Part shown: positions 15,104 to 27,634 of the stretch, piece by piece
How positions within the stretch are numbered: the stretch's first letter is position 1
How the letters are laid out: every line of letters starts with the position of its first letter
Assembly: GCF_006345805.1 (NCBI RefSeq)
Contig: NC_043023.1
Span: 18,724,001-18,788,000, forward strand
Length of the DNA stretch: 64,000 nt
Direction: 5' to 3'
Source: Octopus sinensis
Lineage: Eukaryota
Translations under genes and position numbers: made by a program
The notes under the pieces: model-generated
Told to the model about the DNA's origin: nothing
The model's database searches: none
What the model saw: the letters and a program-made list of their open reading frames with translations, nothing else

Positions 15104-15662
15104 CTCTTTCATTACCAACCCGGCCAAAACCGGCTCTGGCTCCCTAGTACAAATGTCTTGTTTTCATAAGTTTTGCATTTAAATATACCACCAAACTTTA
15201 GTCACAATTTATGTTCCAAACACTGACTTAATGATAACTAAGTTATTTTACTAAATTCTTTGTTATATTTAATCCTTTTGATACCAACCTGGTTGAAACC
15301 ACCTCTGGCTCTGTAATACAAATGTCTTGTTTTCATAACTTTTGCATTTAAATATACCACCAAACCTTAGTCACAATTTATGTTCCTAACACTAGCTGAA
15401 TGATAACCAAGTTGTTTTACTAAATTCTTTGTTATATTTAACCCTTTTGATACCAACCTGGCTGAAACTGCCTCTGGCTTTGTAATATAAATGTCTTGTT
15501 TTCCTAAGTTTTGAATTAAAATCTTCCACCAAACCTTAGTCACAATTTCTGTTCCTAAAACTAGCTGAATGATAACCAAGTTATTTTACTAAATTCTTTG
15601 TTATATTTAAAGTAATTGAAAGAAACACAGAGCATCTCAAAATAAATACGGTAATAAAAGGG
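15104..15662. mobile_element. piggyBac-type MITE with triplicated internal ~180-bp unit
   Basis: TTAA flanks at 15100-03 and 15663-66; same family as 45274-45494. Confidence 0.8.
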
Positions 15663-15763
15663 TTAAAGTGATCCGAGTTAAAGTCTTCTGTCAAAATTTC
15701 GTACAAGTTTATATACGAAACACCAGCTTAATAATCACCAAGTTGTTTTACAAAGAAGAAATT

Positions 15764-16075
15764 GGAAGACAGGTAGGTGTGTCAGTTGAGAGGAAGTGGA
15801 GTCTTTATAGTAAATGGTTGGGAGAAAGAAAGGTGGGTGTTTCAGGTAAGGATTGGACACAGCTTGCCAATCGGGTGGACACAGCCTGCCAATCAAGAGG
15901 AGGGATGTTAATAATGGTTGGGAGGAAGACAGGTAGGTGTATCAGGTAAGGATTGGACAGAGCCTGCCAGTCGAGAGGAGACAGGTAGGTGTATCAGGTA
16001 AGGATTGGACAGAGCCTGCCAGTCGAGAGGAAGACAGGTAGGTGTATCAGGTAAGGACTGGACACAGCTTACTAA
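15764..16075. repeat. ~52-bp minisatellite
   Basis: gaagacaggtaggtgtatcaggtaaggattggacagagcctgccagtcgagag: three close copies plus degenerate ones. Confidence 0.8.
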
Positions 16076-16452
16076 GGGGAACCATTGTAGCAAATGGCTG
16101 AAACATGACTGGCTTCCATGCCGGTGACACGTAAAAGGCACCAACCAATCGTGGCCATTACCAGCCTCCCCTGGCACCTGTGCTGATGGCACGTAAAAAG
16201 CACCCACTACGCTCACGGAGTGGTTGGCGTTAGGAAGGGCATCCAGCTGTAGAAACACTGCCAGATCAAGATTGGAGCCTGGTGCAGCCTCCTGGCTTCC
16301 CAGACCCCGGTCGAATCCTCCAACCCATGCTAGCATGGAAAACGGATCTTAAACGATGATGATGATGTTGAGTGAATGTTTGATAGTCGCTGACAGTGAA
16401 CTTGCTGTTCTGATTCTGATGTGTTGGCAATTCTCTAATACAGCGTCGGCTG

Positions 16453-16700
16453 CGGGGTCATTCCGAAAAGCTCTACCTGCGATGATTTCATCTCAATCGA
16501 AGGAGAGGAGCTTTCTCCGTCCGGGTTGCGGATCCGTGGAACAAGCTGCCAGATGAGATGGTGAAGATGCCGACGACCGCTTTGTTCAAAGCCTCCCTGG
16601 ACCTCAAGTGGCCTGAACTCTTTACATGAACACCACCCAGTACTTAACTACATGGCCTTGCTATTTGCTTTTGAGCCAAATTACCTAACTAACTAACTAA
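16453..16700 (+). mobile_element. CR1/L2-type LINE 3' end
   Basis: RGHSEKLYLR*FHLNRRRGAFSVRVADPWNKLPDEMVKMPTTALFKASLD.. matches the CR1 C-terminal consensus; (CTAA)n tail at 16685-16700. Confidence 0.75.
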
Positions 16701-16876
16701 CAAGTTAGACCAGTGACTTGCAAAGGGTTTGTAATGGATCAGTACTGAATATTTTCTGGCTAAGAAAAGGAATAAATCTGTGAGACCTTATGTGTGGTTG
16801 ACATGAAACATCATCAGGAATAGTTTGGAATGACATTAATAACAGCAAGAAAAACAGATCACTAAATGTAAACAGG

Positions 16877-18170
16877 TGTAGGAGTGGCTGTGTGGTAAGT
16901 AGCTTGCTTACCAACCACATGGTTCCGGGTTCAGCCCCATTGCGTGACACCTTGGGCAAGTGTCTTCTACTATAGCCTCGGGCCGACCAAAGCCTTGTGA
17001 GTGGATTTGGTAGACGGAAACTGAAAGAAGTCTGTCGTATATATGTGTATATATATAATATATATAAGCGTAGGAGTGGCTGTGTGGTAAGTAGCTTGCT
17101 TACCAACCACATGGTTCCGGGTTCAGCCCCACTGCGTGACACCTTGGGCAAGTGTCTTCTACTATAGCCTCGGGCCGACCAAAGCCTTGTGAGTGGATTT
17201 GGTAGACGGAAGCTGAAAGAAGCCTGTCGTATATATGTGTATATATATATATATATATAAGCGTAGGAGTGGTAAGTAGCTTGCTTACCAACCACATGGT
17301 TCCGGGTTCAGCCCCATTGCGTGACACCTTGGGCAAGTGTCTTCTACTATAGCCTCGGGCCGACCAAAGCCTTGTGAGTGGATTTGGTAGACGGAAACTG
17401 AAAGAAGCCTGTCGTATATATGTGTATATATATATATATAATATATATAAGCGTAGGAGTGGCTGTGTGGTAAGTAGCTTGCTTACCAACCACATGGTTC
17501 CGGGTTCAGCCCCCATTGCGTGACACCTTGGGCAAGTGTCTTCTACTATATCCTCGGGCCGACCAAAGCCTTGTAAGTGGATTTGGTAGACGGAAACTGA
17601 AAGAAGACTGTCGTATATATGCGTGTGTCTGTTTGTCCCCCCACCATCGCTTGACAACCGATGCTGGTGTGTTTACGTCCCCGTCACTTAGCGGTTCGGC
17701 AAAAAGAGACCGATAGAATAAGTCCCAGGGTCGATTTGCTCGACTAAAAGTGGTGCTCCAGCATGGCTGCAGTCAATTGACTGAAACAAGTAAAAAGAGT
17801 AAAGAGGTGTAGGAGTGGCTGTGTGGTAAGTACATTGCTTACCAACCACATGGTTCCGGGCTCGGTCCCACTGCATGGCACCTTGGGCAAGTGTCTTCTA
17901 CTATAGCCTCGGGCCGACCAAAGCCTTGTGAGTGGAATTAGATGGAAACTGAATGAAGCCCATCCTATATATGTATATATATATGTGTCTGTGTTCATCC
18001 CCCCCCCAACATCACTTGACAACTGATGCTGTTGTGTTTATGTCCCCATAACTTAGCGGATCAGCAAAAGAGACCAATAGAATAAGTCCTGGGGTTGATT
18101 TGCTCAACTAAAAGTGGTGCTCCAGCATGGTGGCAGTCAAATGACTGAAACAAGTAAAAGAGAGTAAAAA
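16877..18170 (+). mobile_element. SINE family A: three tandem 5' halves followed by two full-length copies
   Basis: tRNA-like head (ggagtggctgtgtggtaag..ggttcagtccc), internal (TA)/(TG) tract and 3' tail tgactgaaacaagtaaaagag. Units start near 16877, 17068, 17260, 17450 and 17808. Confidence 0.85.
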
Positions 18171-18445
18171 GTATGAAAAAAGAGAGAATCATCGTTGTCT
18201 CCATGACTCACAAATCATATGGACTTGAGAGTCTGAAATTATTCCAGAATAGTCGAAGTATAGAGGGATTACACTACCCATTTTCACCATGTGAATATAA
18301 CAATTGAGATGAATCTGCTCTCAATACCATGGAAGGTACACTGTCAGATATTCCAAAGTCACATTCATGATTAAATGGTAAGAATGATGTGCAGAACAAA
18401 GCTTCATCTGATGGTGCAATATAATGAAATATTAGGTGTTATTTA

Positions 18446-19371
18446 TGATGCATGTGTACGAACAGTCATGCTACATGGTAGTGAAACATGGGCCGTGACT
18501 GCTGAGGATATGCGTAAGCTCGCAAGAAACGAAGCCAGTATGACCTGAAGGATGTGTACTGTCAATGTGCATACTCGACAGAGTGTAAGTACCTTGAGAG
18601 ATATGTTGGACCTAAGCAGCATCAGATGTGGTGTGCAAGAGAGACGACTGCGCTGGTATAGTCATGTGGCGAGAATGGATGAGGATAGGTATGTGAAAAA
18701 GTGCCACACCCTAGCAGTTGAGGGAACCTGTGGAAGAGGTAGACCCAGGAAAACCTGGGACAAGGTGGTAAGGCACGACCTTCGCACTTTAGGTCTCACC
18801 AAGGAAATGACTAGAGATCGAGACCTATGGAAGTATGCTGTGCGTGAGAAGACCTGGTAGGACAAGTGAGACTATAACCCATGGCCTCTACCTGGGATGT
18901 AGCCAGTCCACTTATGCATACCTTTCCTTCTTGGGACACAAAACTCTACTTGTGAAGACCTGTTGAGGCAAGTGAAAATCAAAATCGATCAACATCAATG
19001 GAAATTGCAGCTGTGATACCAGTGCCAGGGGTACATAAGAGAACCATCCGAATGTGGCCGTTGCCAGCGCCGCCCCGACTGGCCTCATGCTGGTGGCACG
19101 TAAAAAGCACCATCCAATCGTGGTCGTTGCCAGCCTCGCCTGGCCTCCGTGCCGGTGGCATGTAAAAAGCACCATCTAATCGTGGCCGTTTGCCAGCCTC
19201 GTCTGCACATAAAGAGTACTCACGGAGTGGTTGGCGTTAGGAAGGGCATCCAGCCGTAGAAACATTGCCAGATCAGAGTGGGCCTGGTGCAGACTTCTGG
19301 CTTCCCAGACTCCAGTTGAACCGTCCAACCCATGCTAGCATGGAAAGCAGATGCTAAACGATGATGATGAT
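18446..19371 (+). mobile_element. 5'-truncated RTE-clade LINE with 64-bp target-site duplication
   Basis: HGSETW..RRLRWYSHVARM..GRGRPRKTW C-terminus, 3' UTR and (GAT)n tail. Direct repeats at 18382-18445 and 19372-19435 differ at two positions. Confidence 0.9.
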
Positions 19372-21339
19372 GAATGATGTGCAGAACAAAGCTTCGTCTG
19401 ATGGTGCAATATAATGAAATATTAGGTGTTGTTTACAATCAGTTTCATTAAGTTTGGTCCAATCTGCAGATATCCTAGTTATAAGTCTCAGATAATTGAG
19501 CGACAAGTAAGTTGGTTTGTTTTTATCCAAAAGATTTACATGAACTTGATATGTGTATGATGATGAAATGACTACAGCATCTGCTTATAGTTCCTCAGTG
19601 ATGGTCACAACGGGTATTATTAGTACATCTGACATGTCTGTTCTTCTGGAGTGAAACAATTTGTTATGTCGTCAGTGATGGAATGTGAAAGACGGACAAT
19701 GGTTTGTGCTCTGGTCAGTCTGAGGACTAAGAATGAGAGAGGAAGACAGATGGGTCAGCTGGAGACACTTGGAGGTTCTCACTGGCAATCTTTATCTCCT
19801 GTCATCTAGTTATTTTCTTTCTTTAACCCTTTTGATACTAACCTGGCTGAAACTGCCTCTGGCTCTGTAGTACAAATGTCTTGTTTTCATAAGTTTTGAA
19901 TTAAAATCTTCCACCAAACCTTAGTCACAATTTATGCTCCTAACACTTGCTGAATGATAATTAAGTTATTTTACTAAATTCTTTGTTATATTAAAAGTAA
20001 TTGAAAGAAACACAGAGCATCTCAACAGAAATATGGTAACGAGGTTAAAGACAGTCAGTCAAATGTGCCTTCAATTTGCACAAGATTTGGCTGCTATTTT
20101 TAACAAGTGAAACAAAATCTGCAAAATTTAGCCTTTCATTACCAACCCGCCTGGAACCGGCTCTGGCTCTGTCATACAAATGTCTTGAATTGAAATCTTC
20201 TACCAAACCTTAGTCATAATTTATGTTCTTAACACTAGCTTAATGATAGCTAAGTTATTTCACTAAATTCTTTATTATATTTAAAATTAATTGAGAGAAA
20301 TACAGAGCATCTCAAAATAAATGCAGTAACGAAAGGGTTACACACATCCACAGAAGAACATTATAAGTGTTTGATTTCAATGTTTGGGCTTCTTTACATC
20401 ATGCATGTAAAAGGAGCAGAGGAGTTGCTGTGTGGTAAGTAGCTTGCTTACCAACCACATGGTTCGAGGTTCAGTCCCACTGTGTGACCTTGGGCAAGTG
20501 TCTTCTACTATAGCCTCGGACCGACCAAAGCCTTGTGAGTTGATTTAGTAGATGGAAACTGAAAGAAGCCCATCATATAAGTGCCATCCAAATCGTGGCC
20601 GATGCCAGCGCAGCCTTGACTGGCTTCTGTGTCGGTGGCACATAAAATGCACCAATCTGTTTGTGGCTGCTGCCAGCCTCGCCTGGCACCTGTGCCGGTG
20701 GCACGTAAAAAGCACCCACTACACTCTCGGAGTGGTTGGCGTTAGGAAGGGCAGCCTTCTGGCTTCCCAGATCTCCGGTCGAACCGTCCAACCCATGCTA
20801 GCATGGAGAACGGACGTTAAACAATGATGATGATATATATATATGTGAGTGTGTGTGTCTGTGTTTGTTCCCCCAACATCACTTGACAATCGATGCTGGT
20901 GTGTTTACATCCGTGTAATTTAGCAGTTCGGCAAAAGAGACCAATAGTATAAGTACTGGGCTTACAAAGAATAAGTCCTGGGGTCGATTTGCTTGACTAA
21001 AGGCGGTGCTCCAGCATGGCCACAGTCACATGACTGAAACAAGCGAAAGAGTATATTGAGCTTTCCTTCTGGTGTCTCATCCAGTTCTGTCTTAAGGCTT
21101 AGGGTCACTGGATTGTTCCCCAAGGGCCCAATTATGATTTATGCATGCTTTGCCTTACTGTCAATAAAGAAATACTTTAGGGGCCAGTACAGTGGTTTAC
21201 CCAGGAGCCTACAACACAACTAAGCTCTGGTATCATCCGCTGGTTATTTTTGTTTTTCCTCCATCTGTGTGCAAATAAACATTGTATTAGAGATGTTTGG
21301 TTTGAGGGAGATTTGGGCTGTTATTTCTAACATGTAGAG

Positions 21340-21518
21340 CAGTGCTTTTCAACCTTTTTGCAGGAGTGGAACCCCAAGGAAACATTCCACTGGCTCAAGG
21401 AAACCCTGTGCAATAATTTAATAGTCTCATGCACAAATATCTGCACAGGAGAATTAAAAATTACTGCCGATTTTAGCAGTTTTGCAACTTCTTGCGGAAC
21501 CCTGGTTGAAAACCACTG
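21340..21518. mobile_element. hAT-type MITE, 179 bp
   Basis: TIRs CAGTGCTTTTCAACC / GGTTGAAAACCACTG; perfect 8-bp TSD ATGTAGAG at 21332-39 and 21519-26. Confidence 0.92.
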
Positions 21519-22861
21519 ATGTAGAGGTCTTCTCTTGTCTTCTACTGGTTAGTTTTCTTGTGCGTTAGATCTGATAAAAAAATTTCTGATGTAATCTTAA
21601 TCTCTAACATAAACATGCTTACTCTTTTATTTGTTTCAGTCATATGACTGGCCATGCTGGAGCACCGCCTTTAGTCGAGCAAATCGACCCTAGTACTTAT
21701 TCTATCGGTGTCTTTTGCCGAACCGCTAAGTTACGGGGACGTAAACACACCAGCATCGGTTGTCAAGCAATGTTGGTGGGACAAACATAAACACACACAC
21801 ATATATATATACGACAGGCTTCTTTCAGTTTCCGTCTACCAAATCCACTCACAAGGCTTTGGTCGGCCCGAGGCTATAGTAGAAGACACTTGCCCAAGGT
21901 GCCACGCAGTGGGACTGAACCCAGAACTATGTGGTTGGTAATCAAGCTACTTACCACACAGCAACTCCGGTGTCTATATGTTTGTATTAATTTTTTTTTT
22001 CTTTTCTTAAATATGTATTTTTCAGAAAGTCTGAAGCGGTGGAGCACACATTGTAGTCATGTGCATAATAAAACCAACCTAATATATCAATTAAAATTAA
22101 ATTATAGGAAATACATTAACACGTTACAAAAATATTTCCTCAAATAACAACAGATCTCAGTCTAAAAAGTCATATTTCACCGGTCTCAGTTTTAGACGCA
22201 GCAAATGATTTTTTAGCTCGATAGACGTCATTGATTGGTTAAAATTTGAAAAATTAAACTACGTTAAACTTACAAATTACAATTTTCTCAAGAAAGCCAA
22301 GAGAAAAAAATGTTTTATTTTGACACATTCTACCAGTATACGAAGTTTAAAATTTTTTAGTTACCTAGAAATTGTTACAAACTGCTGTTCAAACCGAAAA
22401 GATCAAAAAAAAGATACCCTCCCCCCACCCCTAACCCTAAAAGAGATTGAAATGCAATAGATCGATACTACGGTCATAATTATGGGTGACAATTTCATAT
22501 GACACCGCTTGAAAAAACTGCCGTTCAAACCGAAAGATCCTAATTTTTTTTAAACAAAGTAAATAAAACACAAAGTAAATAGATTTTTTAAAAACAAAGT
22601 AAGGATCGACTAGTCACGACTAGCTTGCGTGTGTACGCGAGTGCGCGCATCGGGACCACTCTTCTTAAATAGTACCTTCATTGATTATATATTGCTAGAA
22701 ATTTTTTTTTAATTACAGTATATTTAAACAACGTGTATTTTAAGTCTAAGTTTTCAGAAATAATGTTTTGTTGTTTGTGTAACAGCTTCTCTGCAGAAAT
22801 TAAAGCCATTTCGTTTTTTTGTGTTTCCGAGTCGGGTTTTATAATTTCTGTTGTCAAATAT

Positions 22862-22969
22862 CACTTCCGTGTTGTTCGCGCCATAAAATTCGTGTCTTTT
22901 GTTGATCAAGGAAAGATTTTTGGATAGAATCGCTTCAAATACGGGTTTATATACTAATAAAAGGTAAGG
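22862..22969 (+). promoter_or_regulatory. Candidate promoter and non-coding first exon of ZNF-B
   Basis: ETS-like CACTTCCG (22862-69), E2F-like TTCGCGCC (22875-82) and YY1-like CGCCAT in a small CpG-containing island; donor AAG|GTAAGG at 22964, which could pair with the acceptor at 31133. Confidence 0.45.
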
Positions 22970-23379
22970 TATATACACTATTATATATTATTTACTAAAC
23001 TTAAGGTGGAAATTGATAATTGGAAACCTTTAAATGTTTCTGATCGATATTTCTATTTACTATAACTAATTATCTTTAATTAATAATTAGGGCGATCTTC
23101 GCTTTAATTAGATAAAAGTAAAAATAATTCTCGTTAGTATTCGACGGATCTCAGCAATGAACCACAAAGTTTATTTCGAAATTGTTCTAGAAAGTATTTA
23201 AAAGATATTTGTGTTATGATGAAGATGTGTTGACCGTCTTTGTACAGATTAAAGGAAACGATATCGTAGAGACCCACGAGGGTAAATTCGGGCTCCACAA
23301 TTACCATCGGGGTCATTAATTAGTAAGACGGACACTCTACTCTTCGAATGATCGCATGCAACACCCTTAAGTGTGGCCC

Positions 23380-23602
23380 GGTACTACTAGCGAACAGTGG
23401 TCCCGGTGCGCGCACTCACGCATCTGCGCTAGCTAGTCATGACTAGTCGATCCTTACTTTGTGTTTTTGTGTTATTTACTTTGTTTAAAAAATTATTTAT
23501 TTTGTGTTTTATTTACTTTGCTAGATAGTTGTTGTAGGATCGACTACTTACGACTAGCTTGCGCGTGTGCGCGCACCGGGACTACTGTTCGCTAGTAGTA
23601 CC
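23380..23602. mobile_element. GGTACTAC-TIR MITE (unclassified), flanked by perfect 40-bp direct repeats
   Basis: 36-bp TIR with one mismatch; direct repeats at 23340-23379 and 23603-23642. Confidence 0.85.
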
Positions 23603-24166
23603 CTCTTCGAATGATCGCATGCAACACCCTTAAGTGTGGCCCTGTGTTTTTATCTCTGATACAAGTGCTGCGATGTTATTACTAATCACCATTGGCCAAG
23701 GAAGATTTAGCTGTTGTTTCCAGCACATCACACGACCACCTTCGTCGTTTCATTGTCCCTCTCACATTCAGAGACGTTTTTCATTATTTTTTTCGGTATT
23801 TCCTCTGCCGTTACGTTCTGGGTTCAAATTCCGCCGAGGTCGACTTTGCCTTTTATCTTTTCGTGGTCGATATATTAAGTACCAGTTACGCACTGGGGTC
23901 GATATAATCGACTTAATCCGTTTGTCTGTCCTTCTTTGTCCTCTCTGTGTTTAGCCCCTTGTGGGTAATAAAGAAATAGAAATAGGTATTTCGTCTACCG
24001 CTACGTTCTGAGTTCAAATTCTGCCGAGGACGACTTTGCCTTTCATCCTTTCGGGGTCGATAAATTAACTACCAGTTTCGCACCGGGGTCGATATAATCG
24101 ACTTAATTCGTTTGTCTGTCCTTGTTTGTCCCTTGTGGGTAGTAAAGAAATATCTATCGCAGTTTA

Positions 24167-25025
24167 CCGTAAATCCTCGAGTATAATCCGCATTTCCCCC
24201 AAAAAATTTAAAGGTAAAAATCCCTAGTGCGTACTATATACGAGGTTAAAAATGAAAATTATTTTCTAATCAATGTCCAAGTCTCTATTTGTTGTCCGGC
24301 AATGTTTATTCAGACGCATTTTGTGATGTCGGGTGTGAAAATACCTTAAGCTAAGCCTGAAAGCAATGAAGTCATAAAAGAATCATCCATAACTTGCAGT
24401 AAGCAACATTTATTAAACTTTATTACTGTTATTTCTTTATTTTCTGCAAACAAAATGCACAAAAAAGCTACACGTTTGCATTATATTATATACACAATAC
24501 TAATAAAGGACGTTACCGTATACAGTTTTACAAACTAAGGATGTTATATAGACCTCCTTGACACAAGTTAGAGAAGGGGTGTGTATTATACACAAGGTTT
24601 AGGTTTTTCAGAGGTACTGCCCCCTAAAAATCCCCTGCGTATACACGTTTGCATTATGTTATATATACAATAATAATAAAGGGTGTTGCCGTATACATTT
24701 TTACAAACCAGGGACGTTATATAGACCTCCTTGACTCAAATTAGAGAAGGGGTGCGTATTATACACAAGGTTTAGGTTTTTCAGAGGTACTGCCCCCTAA
24801 AAATCCCCATGCGTATACACGTTTGCGTTATGTTATATATACAATAATAATAAAGGACGTTACCGTATACATTTTTACAAACCAAGGACGTTATATAGAC
24901 CTCCTTGACTCAAGTTAGAGAAGGGGTGCGTATTATACACAAGGTTTAGGTTTTTCAGAGGTACAGCCCCCTAAAAATTCCCTGCGTATTATACTCAAGG
25001 GTGGACGATACTCGAGGATTTACAG
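24167..25025. mobile_element. pogo/Tc1-type non-autonomous element with three internal ~173-bp tandem repeats
   Basis: 18-bp TIR CCGTAAATCCTCGAGTAT (one mismatch); TA on both sides; repeat units start at 24469, 24642 and 24816. Confidence 0.85.
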
Positions 25026-25194
25026 TATTTTAAATTAATAATTAGGGCGATCTTCGCTTTAATTAGATAAAGTAAAAATAATTCTCGTTAGTATTCGACA
25101 GATCTCAGCAATGAACCACAAAGTTTATTTAAAAATTGTTCTAGAAATTATTTGAATGATATTTGTTGTATGATGAAGATGTGTTAACCGTCTT

Positions 25195-25585
25195 ACTCTT
25201 TACTCTTTTACTTGTTTCACTCATTTGACTGCGGCCATGCTGGAGCACCACCTTTAGTCAAGCAACTCGACCCCAGGACTTATTCTTTGTAAGCCCAGTA
25301 CTTATTCTATCGGTCTCTTTTGCCGAACCGCTAAATGACGGGGACGTAAATACACCAGCATCGGTTGTCAAGCAATGCTAGGGGGACAAACACAGACACA
25401 CATACATATATATATATACATATATACGACAGGCTTCTTTCAGTTTCCGTCTACCAAATCCATTCACAAGGCATTGGTCGGCCCAGGGCTATAGTAGAAG
25501 ACACTTGCCCAAGGTGCCACGTAGTGGGACTGAACCCGGAACCATGTGGTTGGTAAGCAAGCTACTTACCACACAGCCACTCCTG
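25195..25585 (-). mobile_element. SINE family A, full length, TSD CGTCTT
   Basis: TSD at 25189-94 and 25586-91; the empty site is seen in the duplicated segment near 23235. Other family A copies: 1-210, 8361-8705, 20417-21050, 21625-21965, 40133-40470, 41666-42058, 42490-42870, 46660-47430 and 53799-54160. Confidence 0.9.
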
Positions 25586-25722
25586 CGTCTTGTTTAAGGG
25601 AAACGTTATACCATCGTAGAAGCTAAATTCAGGCACCACAATTACCACCATGATCGAATGCAACACCCTTAAGTGTGACCCTGTGTCTATCTCTCATACA
25701 AGGGTTGCGGTATTATTACCAA

Positions 25723-25955
25723 GGGCGGCGAGCTGGCAGAAACGTTAGCGCGCCGGACGAAATGCTTTGCGGTATTTCGTCTGCCGTTACGTTTCTGAGT
25801 TCAAATTCCGCCGAGGTCGACTTTACCTTTCATCCTTTCGGGGTCGATAAATTAAGTACCAGTTACGCACTGGGGTCGATGTAATCGACTTAATACCTAT
25901 GTCTGTCCTTGTTTGTCCCCTCTATGTTCAGCCCCTTGTGGGTAATAAAGAAATA
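25723..25955 (+). mobile_element. SINE family B, full length, 14-bp TSD GGTATTATTACCAA
   Basis: TSD at 25709-22 and 25956-69. Other family B copies: 647-920, 23795-24150, 33355-33560, 34527-34755; degenerate at about 44340-44520 and 59820-60000. Confidence 0.9.
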
Positions 25956-26213
25956 GGTATTATTACCAATCACCATTGACCAAAAGAAATTTGGCTGTTG
26001 TTTCTAGCACATCATACGACCACCTTCCTTGTTTCGTTGTCATTCTCACATATTGATGTTTTTCAATAGTTTTCTCCCATTAAACACGTTTATGCTATTG
26101 AAAAAAGGTACTACTTACAAAGAGTGGTCCCGGTGCGCGCATCCGCGCTGATAGTCGTGACTAGTCGATACATTGTGTTTTATTTAATTTGTTATAAAAA
26201 AATTATTTACTTT

Positions 26214-27415
26214 GGGATCTTTTCCTTTTGAACGGCACTTTGTAACATAATTTCTAGTTAACTAAACACTTTTAAACTTCATATACTGGTAGAATCTCTC
26301 TATATATAAACGGCAGTTTGTCTGTCTGTGTGTCTGTCAGCTTGTACCCTCACCCTGACCACAGCTTTCAACCGATTCTGATGAAACTTGACACACACAT
26401 AGCCCAATGTCATAATTCAAAACTAACGCATCGAAAATTTTGAAAAGTTCCCCGAGTTCTGAAAAAAATCGATAAATTCGACATGGGGTCGAGAATCTAA
26501 GCTTTTTATATGCAACACATTTTCTGTCGGGAGACAGCTAGGAACATCGTATACATAGAAGTATTCGAGTGAAGAGAAGACATTGCAACCTACACATGCG
26601 CCTTCGTTCTCTAGAGGGAAAGAACTAGATTGGGATTAGTCGTTGCCTACTAGGGGCTCTTACATAACTGGGCAACGCCGGGCTATGCTGCTAGTGTGTT
26701 TATAAAACATCTTTTTCTCTTGGCTTTATTGAGAAAATTCTATAGTTTGTAAGATATTTCGTCTTTAATTTCGAGCATTTCGGCAATTTTAACCAATTGC
26801 TGGAGTCCATTGAGGTAAATAACATTCTGTGCATAATGAATATGTCCCTCCTTTAAGAAACAGATTGGGTTTATTTACATTTGTGAAGAAAAAAGATACC
26901 CTTCCCCCACCCCTAACCCTAAATCTAAAATAGATTGAAATGCAATAGATCGATACTAGGGTCATAATTATGGGTGACAATTTCATATGACACCGCTAGA
27001 AAAAATGGCAGTTTTTTTTCTAGCGGTGTCATATGAATTTGTCACCCATAATTATGACCCTAGTATCGATCTATTGCATTTCAATCTCTTTTAGGGTTAG
27101 GGTTAGTTAAGGTTAGGAGTGGGTGAAGGGTATCTTTTTTTCTTCACAAATGTAAATAAACCCAATCTGTTTCTTAAACGAGGGACATATTCATATGGCA
27201 CAGAATGCTTTCACCTCAATAGACGTCATTGATTGGTTAAAATTTGCCGAAATGCAAGAAATTAAAGAAAAATATGTTACAAACTATAGAATTTTCTCTA
27301 TAAAGCCAAGAGAAAAAGATGTTTTATAAACACATTCTACCAGTATACGAAATTAAAAATTTTTTAGTTACCTAGAAATTATGTTAAAAACTGCCGGTCA
27401 AACCGAAAAGATCCC
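26214..27415. mobile_element. Inverted dimer of the GGGATC-TIR MITE, with a Helitron in the left arm
   Basis: Two ~400-bp copies in opposite orientation join at about 27005 (gacaccgctagaaaaaa-tggcag-tttttttctagcggtgtc). Confidence 0.75.
26295..26694 (+). mobile_element. Second non-autonomous Helitron family, 400 bp, precise A|T insertion
   Basis: A|TCTCTCTATATATAAA...GGGCAACGCCGGG...GCTAG|T. The empty site ggtagaa^tgtgtttataaaac is visible (reverse complement) in other copies of the host element at about 9325-9350 and 27325-27345. No TSD. Confidence 0.9.
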
Positions 27416-27634
27416 AATGCATAAACATGTTTATGCTATTAAAAAAAATCTCATTTATGATTTTATCAACCCCACTCCCTCACCCCATTTGTTTTCTGTT
27501 TATAATTTTAAAATATTGTTGAGACGAAGATATTAAGAGGAGAATAAGGACTGCTTTTCACCTGTTAAAAAAAGTATGGAGTGCAAGTGTAATTAAGTAC
27601 CACTTACTCACTGGGGTCGATATAATTTCAATAC

